Assembly (NCBI GenBank): GCA_966211295.1
Contig: CBIHPJ010000001.1
Coordinates: 1-53,093, forward strand
Direction of reading: 5' to 3'
Source: an uncultured Myxococcales bacterium
Lineage (GTDB): Bacteria > Myxococcota > Myxococcia > Myxococcales > Myxococcaceae
DNA: 53,093 nt
The notes under the pieces were generated by a model. The model was not told where the DNA came from. It was given only the letters and a program-made list of their open reading frames with translations, and did no database searches. The translations under genes were made by a program, and so were the position numbers. The first letter of the stretch is position 1. Each line of letters starts with the position of its first letter. Shown piece by piece: positions 27,461 through 35,857 of this stretch.

Positions 27461-27476
27461 TGGCACGCACGATGCT
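27461..27476 (+). promoter_or_regulatory. Candidate sigma54 promoter TGGCAC-gcacg-ATGCT
   Basis: 9/10 match to TGGCAC-N5-TTGC with exact GG-N10-GC spacing. It is 78 nt upstream of the DUF4142 gene ATG. Confidence 0.45.
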
Positions 27477-27553
27477 GCCTTCAGTCCCGAGGTGGCCGCA
27501 GCAGCGTTGAGCCACTGTCAGTCACCCGACACTCGAAACCCTGGAGCACACTC

Positions 27554-28369
27554 ATGAAAGCCTCAGCAGCGTTGAAGATGATGGGCCTGGCCGGCGCGCT
27601 CGTGTCGATCGGCGTCTTCGCAGCCGACGACAGTCGCACCAAGGACATGAACAAGGGCAAGGCCGACGCTTCGTTCGTCGAGCAGGCCGCGATGGCGAAC
27701 GTCTCTGAAATCAAGATGAGCGAGCTCGCGGTGAGCCAGAGCACCAACACCGCGGTGCGTGAGCTCGCGCAGCAGATGATCGACGACCACACCAAGGCCT
27801 TCGACTCACTTAAAGAGATCGCCAAGAACAAGGGCATCATGATGCCCTTCGACTCCGTCGGCTCGAGCGGCACGACGGGGTCTTCCAACTCGAAACCGAG
27901 CACCGGCGGCACCGGCGCCTCGCGCGGCACCGGCAGCAGCGGCACCGGTTCCTCCGACACACTCGGCTCCGACAAGATGGGCTCGAGCAGTGGCATGAAC
28001 AACGACATGGCGCCTCCTCCCGAGCAGCCCTCGGTGAGCGAGCCCGCGTCGTCGGGTGAGCGCATGGGCGCCACCGATCGCATGAACACCGAGCCGAAGA
28101 ACGTCTACGGGCAGCTCAACAGCGAGTCGCAGAAGAAGTACGACGAGCTCGCGAAGCTGACGGGCGAGAAGTTCGACAAGAAGTACCTCGGCACCATCGT
28201 CGACGCGCACAAGAAGGCCATCAAGCTGTTCGAGAAGGAGTCGAAGAGCGGTGAGGATTCCGAGCTCAAGAGCTTCGCGACCAACACCCTCCCGACCCTC
28301 AAGCACCACCTCGACATGGCGCAGAACGTCGAGAACGAGGTCAAGAACGCGAAGAAGCCGAGCATGTAA
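27554..28369 (+). CDS. DUF4142 domain protein, secreted, with long Ser/Gly/Thr-rich internal linker
   Basis: Signal peptide MKASAALKMMGLAGALVSIGVFA. The FVEQAAMANVSEIKMSELA..QQMIDDHTKA and DKKYLGTIVDAHKKAIKLFE halves are DUF4142-like four-helix repeats. They are separated by a low-complexity segment of about 85 aa. Confidence 0.75.
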   Translation: MKASAALKMMGLAGALVSIGVFAADDSRTKDMNKGKADASFVEQAAMANVSEIKMSELAVSQSTNTAVRELAQQMIDDHTKAFDSLKEIAKNKGIMMPFDSVGSSGTTGSSNSKPSTGGTGASRGTGSSGTGSSDTLGSDKMGSSSGMNNDMAPPPEQPSVSEPASSGERMGATDRMNTEPKNVYGQLNSESQKKYDELAKLTGEKFDKKYLGTIVDAHKKAIKLFEKESKSGEDSELKSFATNTLPTLKHHLDMAQNVENEVKNAKKPSM

Positions 28370-28389
28370 CTGAGGCGGTTTTGTCCGGG

Positions 28390-28430
28390 GTGCGGGCCAT
28401 CGAGGCGTGATGGCCGCACCCTCTTTCTGG
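28390..28430 (+). terminator. Candidate terminator hairpin after the DUF4142 gene
   Basis: GTGCGGGCCATC-gaggcgt-GATGGCCGCAC (one bulge) is followed by CCTCTTTCTGG. The T tract is weak. Confidence 0.4.
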
Positions 28431-28446
28431 CGTGCGGGGGTGGGCC

Positions 28447-30891
28447 ATGGCGAAGCGCGCCTCGCTGAAGACGTACCGAGCCAAGCGGCACTTCGGGGTG
28501 ACGCGCGAGCCGAGTCCTTCGGCGGAAGCGACTCCCTCGAAAGAGCTGCGGTTCATGATTCACAAACACGACGCGACGCGGCTCCACTACGACCTCCGTC
28601 TCGAGAGCGAGGGCGTGCTCGGCAGCTGGGCCTGCCCCAAGGGCCCCAGCTACGACCCGAAGCAGAAGCGCCTGGCCGTCGAGACCGAAGATCATCCGCT
28701 CGCGTACGGCGACTTCGAGGGACGAATCCCCGAGGGCGAATACGGCGCCGGCGATTCACTCATCTGGGATCGCGGAACGTTCGACACGGTCCCTCCCGGC
28801 GAGTTCAAGAAGCAGAAGGAGAAGGGACATCTTCACGTGCAGCTCCACGGGCAGAAGCTCGAAGGTGGCTGGCACCTGGTGCGCACGCGGCCTCAAGGCG
28901 GCAAGGCGCAGTGGCTCTTCTTCAAGGCGAAGGATGGAACCGAGCGACCCGACTACGACGTGATCGCCGAGCGGCCGGAGTCGGTGAAGAGCGGACGCAC
29001 CATCACGCGCGGTCCGCTGCGTAAGAGCGTGGCGCAGAAGCAGCTCGCGCCGGAGAAGCTCCTCGAGAAGGTGTGGCCTCCGATGCTGGCGACGCTCGCC
29101 GACGTCACCGCCGCCCCTTCGGAGCGCTTCTCCTTCGAGGTGAAATACGACGGCTATCGCGCGATCGCCGCGCTCTCGGGTGGCGAAGTCGCGGTGCGCT
29201 CGAGGAACCAGCTCGACTTCGCTTCACGCTTTCCGTTCCTGCAGCGAGCGTTCTCGTCGATCGTGGTCGGCAGCGCTGTGCTCGATGGAGAGATCGTCGC
29301 GATCGACGACGAAGAACGCTCCAGCTTCGCGCGCATCGGAGACTCCACCGCGCCGCATCGTTTCGTGGCCTTCGATCTCCTCTGGCTCGATGGCGAAGAC
29401 CTCCGCGCACGTCCGCTCGAGCAACGCCGCGAGCTGCTCGAGTCAGTGCTCGCCAACGCGAAGCCGCCCATCTTCCTCGCCGAGCGCGTTCCGGGAACGA
29501 CCGCTGAAGCCCTCGGCATCGCGCAGCAACACGGCTGGGAAGGATTGATCGCAAAGCGAAAGGGCTCTCCCTACGTGGGCACGCGCAGCGCGGAGTGGCT
29601 GAAGCTCAAACGTGTCGGCACCGCGGAGCTCGCGATCATCGGCTGGACTCCGCACTCCGCGGGCGCGGATGCAGTGGGCGCGCTGTTGCTCGCGGTGCAC
29701 GATCACGGCCGCTTCGTCTTCGCGGGAAAAGTCGGCACCGGCTTCGACACCAGGATGCGGGCGCGCTTGCTCAAGCTGTTGAAGAGCGACGAGGTGGAGA
29801 AGACCGAGGCCGAAGGCGCCCCTCGTCTCCGCAAGGCGCACTGGGTGAAGCCGCGCCACGTCGCGCAGGTGCGCTTCTCCGAGTGGACGCGCGACGGAAA
29901 GTTGAGACACCCGTCCTTCCTCGGACTGCGTGAAGACAAGGCGCCTGAGGAAGCAGCGCCCGAAGTCTCTCTCGGCAAGGGTTTCTTCGGAGCGCAGAGC
30001 ACCGGCGGCTTCGGCGTGTGGCACTCCAAGCGCGAGCCGGTTCCGATGACGAACGGCGATCGCGTGATGTTCCCCAAATCGCGCTTCACCAAGGCCGACG
30101 TGCGCACGTACTACGAGCTCGTCGCCGAGGTGATGGTGCCCGCGCTCGAGGGACGTCCGCTCTCCTTCCAGCAATGGCCCAAGGGGATCGCCGCGCCCAG
30201 CTTCTTCCGGCACGACGCGCGCGCGCATCCGCAGTGGCTCACCACTGAAGAAGTTCCGCACGCCGAGAAGAACATTCGCCACCTGATCGTCGATCGCCCC
30301 GAGGCCGTGCTCTGGCTCGCGAATCAGAACGCGCTCACGCTCCACATGACCTCGAGTCGCATCGGATCCCTCGAGGAACCCGACTGGGTCGCGTTCGATC
30401 TCGATCCTGCTGATGGATGGGAACAGCTGGTGCCGATCGCGCAGGCGCTCCACGGCTTGCTCGATGAGCTGAAACTCACCAGCGTGCCGAAGTCCTCGGG
30501 CAAGCGCGGACTCCACGTGTTGGTGCCGCTCGCCCCGGGATACACCCACGATCAAGCGCACGACTTCGCGGTGAGCGTCACCAGCGTGCTCGCGCAGAAG
30601 TTCCCCGAGCTCGCGACGACGGCGAGACCGCTCGCTCAACGCAAAGGACGGCTGTACCTCGATGCGGAACAGAACGGCCGCTTGAAGACCATGGTCGCGC
30701 CCTACTCCGTGCGCGCCGTCGAGGCCGCGTCGGTCTCCACACCTCTTCATTGGGACGAGGTGGACGTCTCGTTCGATCCTTCACGCTTCACCATCAAGAC
30801 GTTCGAGAAGCGCCTCGCGCAGGTGGGCGATCTCTTCGCGCCCGCGCTCAGTCACCAGGGGCGGCTCCCGAACCTCAAAGCCAAGGAGTGA
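28447..30891 (+). CDS. ligD: Multidomain NHEJ DNA ligase D (phosphoesterase-ligase-polymerase order)
   Basis: The N-terminal PE domain (YRAKRHFGVTREP, FMIHKHDATRLHYDLRLE) is followed by the ligase adenylation motif FEVKYDGYR and a C-terminal primase-polymerase domain. Size is 814 aa. Confidence 0.92.
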   Translation: MAKRASLKTYRAKRHFGVTREPSPSAEATPSKELRFMIHKHDATRLHYDLRLESEGVLGSWACPKGPSYDPKQKRLAVETEDHPLAYGDFEGRIPEGEYGAGDSLIWDRGTFDTVPPGEFKKQKEKGHLHVQLHGQKLEGGWHLVRTRPQGGKAQWLFFKAKDGTERPDYDVIAERPESVKSGRTITRGPLRKSVAQKQLAPEKLLEKVWPPMLATLADVTAAPSERFSFEVKYDGYRAIAALSGGEVAVRSRNQLDFASRFPFLQRAFSSIVVGSAVLDGEIVAIDDEERSSFARIGDSTAPHRFVAFDLLWLDGEDLRARPLEQRRELLESVLANAKPPIFLAERVPGTTAEALGIAQQHGWEGLIAKRKGSPYVGTRSAEWLKLKRVGTAELAIIGWTPHSAGADAVGALLLAVHDHGRFVFAGKVGTGFDTRMRARLLKLLKSDEVEKTEAEGAPRLRKAHWVKPRHVAQVRFSEWTRDGKLRHPSFLGLREDKAPEEAAPEVSLGKGFFGAQSTGGFGVWHSKREPVPMTNGDRVMFPKSRFTKADVRTYYELVAEVMVPALEGRPLSFQQWPKGIAAPSFFRHDARAHPQWLTTEEVPHAEKNIRHLIVDRPEAVLWLANQNALTLHMTSSRIGSLEEPDWVAFDLDPADGWEQLVPIAQALHGLLDELKLTSVPKSSGKRGLHVLVPLAPGYTHDQAHDFAVSVTSVLAQKFPELATTARPLAQRKGRLYLDAEQNGRLKTMVAPYSVRAVEAASVSTPLHWDEVDVSFDPSRFTIKTFEKRLAQVGDLFAPALSHQGRLPNLKAKE

Positions 30892-30894
30892 GTC

Positions 30895-31746
30895 ATGCCC
30901 GTACGCGCCATGTGGAAGGGATCGATCGGCTTCAGCCTGGTGAACATTCCGGTGTCACTGAGCCCCGCGGTCCGAGAGCAGGACTTGCGCTTCCATCAAC
31001 TCCACGACGCCGATGGAGGCCGCATTCGCGAGAAGCGCTTCTGCGAGAAGGACGGAGAAGAGGTGCCCTACGAGCACATCATCAAGGGCTTCGAGATCGA
31101 CAAACACCACACGGTGAAGGTGACGCGGGAGGAGTTGAAGGCGCTCGAGCCGAAGTCCGACAAGATGATCGCCATCGAGAACTTCGTGAAGCTCGAGGAG
31201 GTCGACCCGCTCTATTACGAGCGCTCCTATTACGTGTTTCCCGAGAAGCAGGGCGGGAAGGCGTATGCGTTGCTCGTCAGTGCGCTCAATGAAACGGGGC
31301 GCGTGGGGATCGCTCGCGTGGTGCTGAGCACCAAGCAGCACCTGTGTCTCATTCGCGTGGTGAATGACGTGCTGGTGCTCACCACGCTCGCGTTCGAGGA
31401 CGAGGTGGTGGAGGCGCCGAAGCTCGATCACCCCGCGACGAATGACAAAGAGCTCACCATGGCGAAGGCGCTCGTCTCGCAGCTCGAGGTGCCGTTCGAG
31501 CCGAAGCACTACAAGGACGAGCATCGCGAGCGCGTGCTCACGCTGCTGCAGCAGAAGGCGAAGGGACAGCCGCTGCAGTTGCCTTCGGGTGCGCCGGAAG
31601 AGTTGGTGAGCGGGAGCTTGACCGAGATCCTGGAACGGTCGCTCGCGAAGGCGAAGGAGCCGGAGCCTGCATCCAAGAAGCGCGCTTCACCGAAGCCGCA
31701 TCGGAGAACGAGAACGAAGACTCGGCGGGCACATCACGCTCACTGA
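30895..31746 (+). CDS. ku: Ku protein (NHEJ DNA end-binding)
   Basis: RAMWKGSIGFSLVNIPVSL is the canonical bacterial Ku N-terminus. The C-terminal tail is basic. It starts 3 nt after the ligD stop. Confidence 0.92.
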   Translation: MPVRAMWKGSIGFSLVNIPVSLSPAVREQDLRFHQLHDADGGRIREKRFCEKDGEEVPYEHIIKGFEIDKHHTVKVTREELKALEPKSDKMIAIENFVKLEEVDPLYYERSYYVFPEKQGGKAYALLVSALNETGRVGIARVVLSTKQHLCLIRVVNDVLVLTTLAFEDEVVEAPKLDHPATNDKELTMAKALVSQLEVPFEPKHYKDEHRERVLTLLQQKAKGQPLQLPSGAPEELVSGSLTEILERSLAKAKEPEPASKKRASPKPHRRTRTKTRRAHHAH

Positions 31747-31756
31747 GTTGCGCTTC

Positions 31757-31800
31757 GCCCATCTCCCCTGCCCCTCTCCCCGCTGACACAGGGAGAGGGA
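31757..31800 (+). repeat. REP-like element (subfamily 2) between convergent genes
   Basis: Sequence is GCCCATCTCCCCTGCCCCTCTCCCCGCTGACACAGGGAGAGGGA. Confidence 0.75.
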
Positions 31801-31805
31801 TTTGG

Positions 31806-33371
31806 TCAGTGAGGTGCGGACGGGCGTGGTTCTTCCTCTCGCTTCTCTTCTCGCTCTCGACGCTTCGCGGGCGTCTCATTCAGATCGATCGGCGCGAGCG
31901 CCTTCACGGCGGGCCCGTCGATCACCTCGCCATCCACTCCGAAGCGCGAGCCATGACACGGGCAGTCCCACGTCTTCTCCGCGCCGTTGAAGTGAACGTG
32001 ACACCCGAGGTGCGTGCACACCGAGCTCACCGCGTGAAGCGTGTTCGCTGAGTCCCGGTAGACCGCTGCGCGCTTCCCACCGACGCGCACGATCTTGCCG
32101 TCACCCTTCTCCACTTCATCGACCGACTTCGCTTCTGCCCCCGCCACCGCGTCCTTCGCGAGGTACATGGGGAAGTCGACGTTCTCGCTGACGAAGGACT
32201 TGAAGGACGCCGCCGGCTTGAAGCGAGTGGCCTCCACGAAGTGCGCGAGCCGCGACTTTCTCCCGAGGCACTCTTCGGCGAGCAGCTTTCCCGCCATCGC
32301 TCCGTAAGTCATGCCGTTGCCGTCGAAGCCCGTAGCGACGAAGACATTCTTCGACGCGGCGTTGCGACCGATCATCGGCACTCCGTCGGCCGCGCGAACG
32401 ACCTGCGACGACCACGCCCGCCTCACGTCGACTCCAAGCGTCCGCGCGAAGTTCGAGAGGCGATCGAAGGCGGCCTCGGTGTGTTTCTCCTGCCCCGTCT
32501 TGTGATCTTCACCACCGACGATCAGCCACTGCTCACCATCGACCTCGGTGCCGCGCAGGTAGTGGTACGGATCATCGAGATCCCAATACAGCCCGTCGAG
32601 CTTCACCGAACCCGGGCCAGCGACTGCGTAGCTCTGGTAACGCGCGAGCCGCGTCTGGAAGAAGAGGAAGTTCAGCGGAGAGTGCGTGGCCTCGATCACG
32701 TGATCCGCCGTCGCCCAGCTCCCGTGCGCAAACTCGATGCGGCACGGATGACCGTCTTCGATCTTCGACACCTTGCTGTCCTCGAAGATCTGACAGTTCT
32801 CCGCTGGGAGCCCCTGCGCGAGCCCCAGCAACCACGCGCGCGGATTCATCTGCGCCTGGTTCGAAAACTCGAGCGCACTCACCGCCTCGAAGGGCACCGA
32901 TCCCGCCTCGGCCCACTTCACCGCCACACCAGCGCGCGTCGCGGCATCCAGCTCGCGCGCCAGCTCATCGGCCTGCGTGGCGTTTCTGGCGAAGAGGTAA
33001 CCGGGGAGCCGCTTGAACTGACAGTCGAGCTGCTGCTCCTGCGCGACGCGCTCGATGAACTCGATCGCTTCACGCGTGCCGAAGGCGAGCTCGCGCGCAC
33101 CCTCTTCACCGACCACCTTGATCAGCTGGTGGTAGCGCGTGTCGAGCACTTCGGTGAGGTGCGAGGTGGTGCGGCCCGTGGTGCCGCTGCCGACCTCGTG
33201 CGCCTCGAACACCGCCACCGAAACGCCCGCCCGCGCGAGGTGCCACGCGCAGCTGATTCCGGTGATCCCTGCGCCGATGATGGCCACGTCCCAGTGACGT
33301 CCTTGCCCCATGTGGCGCGCGTAGAAGTCCTTCCTGGGCACGTTCATCCAAAGCGGTTCGGTCGCGTTCAT
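31806..33371 (-). CDS. FAD-dependent oxidoreductase fused to a C-terminal Rieske [2Fe-2S] domain
   Basis: The dinucleotide motif DVAIIGAGITGISCAWHLA and the Rieske ligands CTHLGCHV..CPCHGSRF are present. The C-terminal tail is acidic/basic. Confidence 0.85.
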   Translation of the reverse strand: MNATEPLWMNVPRKDFYARHMGQGRHWDVAIIGAGITGISCAWHLARAGVSVAVFEAHEVGSGTTGRTTSHLTEVLDTRYHQLIKVVGEEGARELAFGTREAIEFIERVAQEQQLDCQFKRLPGYLFARNATQADELARELDAATRAGVAVKWAEAGSVPFEAVSALEFSNQAQMNPRAWLLGLAQGLPAENCQIFEDSKVSKIEDGHPCRIEFAHGSWATADHVIEATHSPLNFLFFQTRLARYQSYAVAGPGSVKLDGLYWDLDDPYHYLRGTEVDGEQWLIVGGEDHKTGQEKHTEAAFDRLSNFARTLGVDVRRAWSSQVVRAADGVPMIGRNAASKNVFVATGFDGNGMTYGAMAGKLLAEECLGRKSRLAHFVEATRFKPAASFKSFVSENVDFPMYLAKDAVAGAEAKSVDEVEKGDGKIVRVGGKRAAVYRDSANTLHAVSSVCTHLGCHVHFNGAEKTWDCPCHGSRFGVDGEVIDGPAVKALAPIDLNETPAKRREREEKREEEPRPSAPH

Positions 33372-33377
33372 GGCGGT

Positions 33378-33557
33378 TCAGTCCTGGGTCTGTTCCCAAT
33401 GGATGAGGCGAAGCTCGGCCTGGCGATGCGTGAGCTGGTAGCGAGTCATCAACTTCGCGATGAGTTGCTCGCGGTTGCCGTCGGCCTCGGTGCAGTCTTG
33501 ATTGGTGAGCTTGTCGAACTGCCTGATCAGCTCGCGCCAGCGTTCTTCGTTCTGCAC
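33378..33557 (-). CDS. Candidate small ORF (59 aa) upstream of the FAD/Rieske gene
   Basis: It falls just below the 60-aa cutoff of the ORF track. GTG start is preceded by GAGAGGAG at good spacing. The translation reads VQNEERWRELIRQFDKLTNQDCTEADGNREQLIAKLMTRYQLTHRQAELRLIHWEQTQD. The stop is 6 nt before the next ATG, and a sigma54-like promoter lies upstream. Confidence 0.35.
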   Translation of the reverse strand: MQNEERWRELIRQFDKLTNQDCTEADGNREQLIAKLMTRYQLTHRQAELRLIHWEQTQD

Positions 33558-33609
33558 GGGTCAGCTCCTCTCTTCGGGTGAGGTGAGAATCCCCAGCGAG
33601 AAGAACGTG

Positions 33610-33625
33610 TGCAGCGCATGTGCCA
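33610..33625 (-). promoter_or_regulatory. Candidate sigma54 promoter TGGCAC-atgcg-CTGCA
   Basis: Read on the minus strand, 9/10 to consensus with exact spacing. It is about 53 nt upstream of the GTG at 33557. Confidence 0.5.
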
Positions 33626-33656
33626 CGATCTCCGGGCTCTTCAGTCGCGTGCTGAG

Positions 33657-33672
33657 TGGCACCTCGCTTGCT
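33657..33672 (+). promoter_or_regulatory. Candidate sigma54 promoter TGGCAC-ctcgc-TTGCT (perfect consensus)
   Basis: 10/10 match to TGGCAC-N5-TTGC. It is 41 nt upstream of the yeaQ-like ATG, with a GGAGGA RBS in between. Confidence 0.6.
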
Positions 33673-33712
33673 GCCTCCCTGCTTCGGAGAACCCGTCCCA
33701 CTGGAGGATTCC

Positions 33713-33997
33713 ATGAGTCTGATTGCAATCATCGTTGTTGGATTTCTGGCCGGTCTCATCGCGCGCGCGTTGATGCCAGGTGATCAGTCGATGAGCCTGA
33801 TGCTCACGACCGTGCTTGGCATCGTCGGCTCGTTCGTCGGCGGCTTCATCGGCAACTTCATCTACAACCGCGGCGGCAACTTCATGGACTTCCACCCGAC
33901 CGGGTTGTTGTTCTCAGTGATCGGATCACTGGTCGTGCTCGGAGTAGTGATGATGACGCGAGGCCGGAGTGGTGGTGGCAGACCGCTGACCCGATGA
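33713..33997 (+). CDS. GlsB/YeaQ/YmgE family stress-response membrane protein
   Basis: IIVVGFLAGLIARALMPG..TVLGIVGSFVGGFIG is the transglycosylase-associated/YeaQ signature. Size is 94 aa. Confidence 0.85.
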   Translation: MSLIAIIVVGFLAGLIARALMPGDQSMSLMLTTVLGIVGSFVGGFIGNFIYNRGGNFMDFHPTGLLFSVIGSLVVLGVVMMTRGRSGGGRPLTR

Positions 33998-34031
33998 GGG
34001 CCAGCGGCTTCAACCGGACCCCGAGTGGGAG

Positions 34032-34529
34032 CTACTGCTTCCGCTCGGGGTTCTTGTTTCCCTCGCCAGTCGCCTTGAAGACCTTCGCGATGGAGAGCCC
34101 CAGCGCTCGAACGGTGTCGCGATCGGGGTACCCGGTGCGAGCGAACTCTTCGTCCTCCTGGAACTTCCGCAACGCGGCCGAGGTCTCCTCGTCGAGCTTG
34201 CCGGTCTTGTGATCCTTCGAGAGGTAGCCGCGCTTCGCGAGCGCTTTCTGGATCAAGTACGGACCATCGGGGAGCAGCAGCCCTTCCGGCGAAGCGGTGA
34301 GCTCAGGCCGCCCCTCTTCCGCCGGCGCGCGCGCCTCTTTCTGATCTCGCTGGTGCTTCTCCGAGCCTTCCGCGCTGCTCGCCGTCTTGGTCGGCTCCTT
34401 CGAACTCTTCTTCTGCTGCGGCTCTTCCTTCTGGTCCTTGTCTTTCCCTGTGTCGCCGCGATCGACCTTCTTGCTGTGAATGCAACCAACCGAGGCAGCC
34501 ACGAAGGCCGCGAGAATGAATCTCTTCAT
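34032..34529 (-). CDS. Lipoprotein with Lys/Glu-rich linker and C-terminal peptidoglycan-binding (PG_binding_1-like) domain
   Basis: Lipobox AASVGC. The C-terminus LIQKALAKRGYL..GKLDEETSAALRKFQEDEEFARTGYPDRDTVRALG matches the PGBD helical repeat. Confidence 0.7.
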   Translation of the reverse strand: MKRFILAAFVAASVGCIHSKKVDRGDTGKDKDQKEEPQQKKSSKEPTKTASSAEGSEKHQRDQKEARAPAEEGRPELTASPEGLLLPDGPYLIQKALAKRGYLSKDHKTGKLDEETSAALRKFQEDEEFARTGYPDRDTVRALGLSIAKVFKATGEGNKNPERKQ

Positions 34530-34531
34530 GA

Positions 34532-35680
34532 TCAGTTCCTTCCAGGCTCAGGCTTCGCCGGGGGTGACTTGTCTTTGTCGAGACCTTCGATGAGCTGCTT
34601 GATCGGCCCCTTCTTCTCTTCAGGCGGCGGGAGGCGCGAGTAGCTCTCGGACACGCCGATCACGAACGCGTTGCGCAGCACGCCGACCACCGCAGGCCAG
34701 AGCTGAATGCCGGGCTTGGTGATGTCTCCGCGCAGCGGGATCACCGTGGCCACGGCCTCGCGATTTCCCACGCGATCGCTGAACACCTTGATCGCCACGT
34801 CGGCGATCGCCGCCTTGATCGAGTTCCCGAGGCCCGGCTTCGCCTTCTCCACTTCGACGTTCTTGAGCACAGGCTTGATGCCGCCCTCGAGCTTTCCGGC
34901 GCGACAGTCGAACTCCGCGAAGAGATCGAGCGTGCCTTGAGAGGCCGTGAGGCCGGTCTCCGAGGCCATCGTCTTGCTCAGCTCCTTCAAGTCGAAGTTC
35001 TGAACGTTTGCCCGGCCCGCGAAGAAGAGCCCCTTCGCGAGCGGATCGGCGGTGAGGAACAGCGACAGCTGTCCTGACTCCTGCAGCGTGCCGGAGATCG
35101 CGATCGACGTTGGTTCGCCGCGAGCGAGGGCCGCGCGCGTGGAGAGGTTCTCGAGCGTGCCGTCGACCTCGTGAATCCAGACCTTGGGAAAATCCTCGTT
35201 GGTCTTGTCGGTGAAGAGCAGCGCCGCCTTCCGAATCTGAATGCGGTCCACCGTGAGCGGGATCGCCGCGGCCAGCTTGTCGGCGATATCGGGGATCTTC
35301 GGATCGAGCTGCTGCTCCTTCTCCTGCTTCGCTGCGATCAGGTTGAGCCTCGGGTTGTCCATCTCGATGCTCACCACCAGGTGCCCGTGGAGGAGCTCCT
35401 TGCCGTAGATGCCCGCCTCGACACGCTTGACCTCGATGTACGGCAGCTCATTGCCTCCCGCCGAAGGCCGCTTCACCTTGAGGCCCTTCATCACGTGGCG
35501 AAGTGGAATCAGCGAGAGCGAGGCGTCTTCGAAGGTCGGCTCGTAGCGCGGTGCGAACACCATCTCGAGCCGCTTCTGGGTCTGCCACTCGACGATCGGA
35601 TCGAGCGCGAACCAGCCCGCCACGAAGACCACCAGGATGATCAGCGGGGGAAGCCAATACCTCTTCTTCAGTCGGCGCAT
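34532..35680 (-). CDS. DUF748/AsmA-like membrane-anchored protein
   Basis: The N-terminal anchor YWLPPLIILVVFVAGWF is followed by repeated beta-rich segments resembling DUF748. The stop is 2 nt before the next gene. Confidence 0.55.
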   Translation of the reverse strand: MRRLKKRYWLPPLIILVVFVAGWFALDPIVEWQTQKRLEMVFAPRYEPTFEDASLSLIPLRHVMKGLKVKRPSAGGNELPYIEVKRVEAGIYGKELLHGHLVVSIEMDNPRLNLIAAKQEKEQQLDPKIPDIADKLAAAIPLTVDRIQIRKAALLFTDKTNEDFPKVWIHEVDGTLENLSTRAALARGEPTSIAISGTLQESGQLSLFLTADPLAKGLFFAGRANVQNFDLKELSKTMASETGLTASQGTLDLFAEFDCRAGKLEGGIKPVLKNVEVEKAKPGLGNSIKAAIADVAIKVFSDRVGNREAVATVIPLRGDITKPGIQLWPAVVGVLRNAFVIGVSESYSRLPPPEEKKGPIKQLIEGLDKDKSPPAKPEPGRN

Positions 35681-35717
35681 GCGCGTTCCTCCTGCAGAGG
35701 TTCAGCGACGACTCCAC

Positions 35718-35733
35718 TGCATCAACGACGCCA
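35718..35733 (-). promoter_or_regulatory. Candidate sigma54 promoter TGGCGT-cgttg-ATGCA
   Basis: Read on the minus strand with exact GG-N10-GC spacing. It is about 38 nt upstream of ATG 35680, with an AGGAGGA RBS in between. Its -24 and -12 blocks are the same as those of the 36809 site. Confidence 0.45.
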
Positions 35734-35857
35734 GTTCTGCGCGACTGGGCGAGCCGTCTCGCGGCGGCGCGAAGCGGTGCCCAGGCGTAGCGTCCCCAAA
35801 GGAAGCGCGTCACGAATGGGAGCTGCACACTCACTCACCAATCTTCGGGAACGAGCG

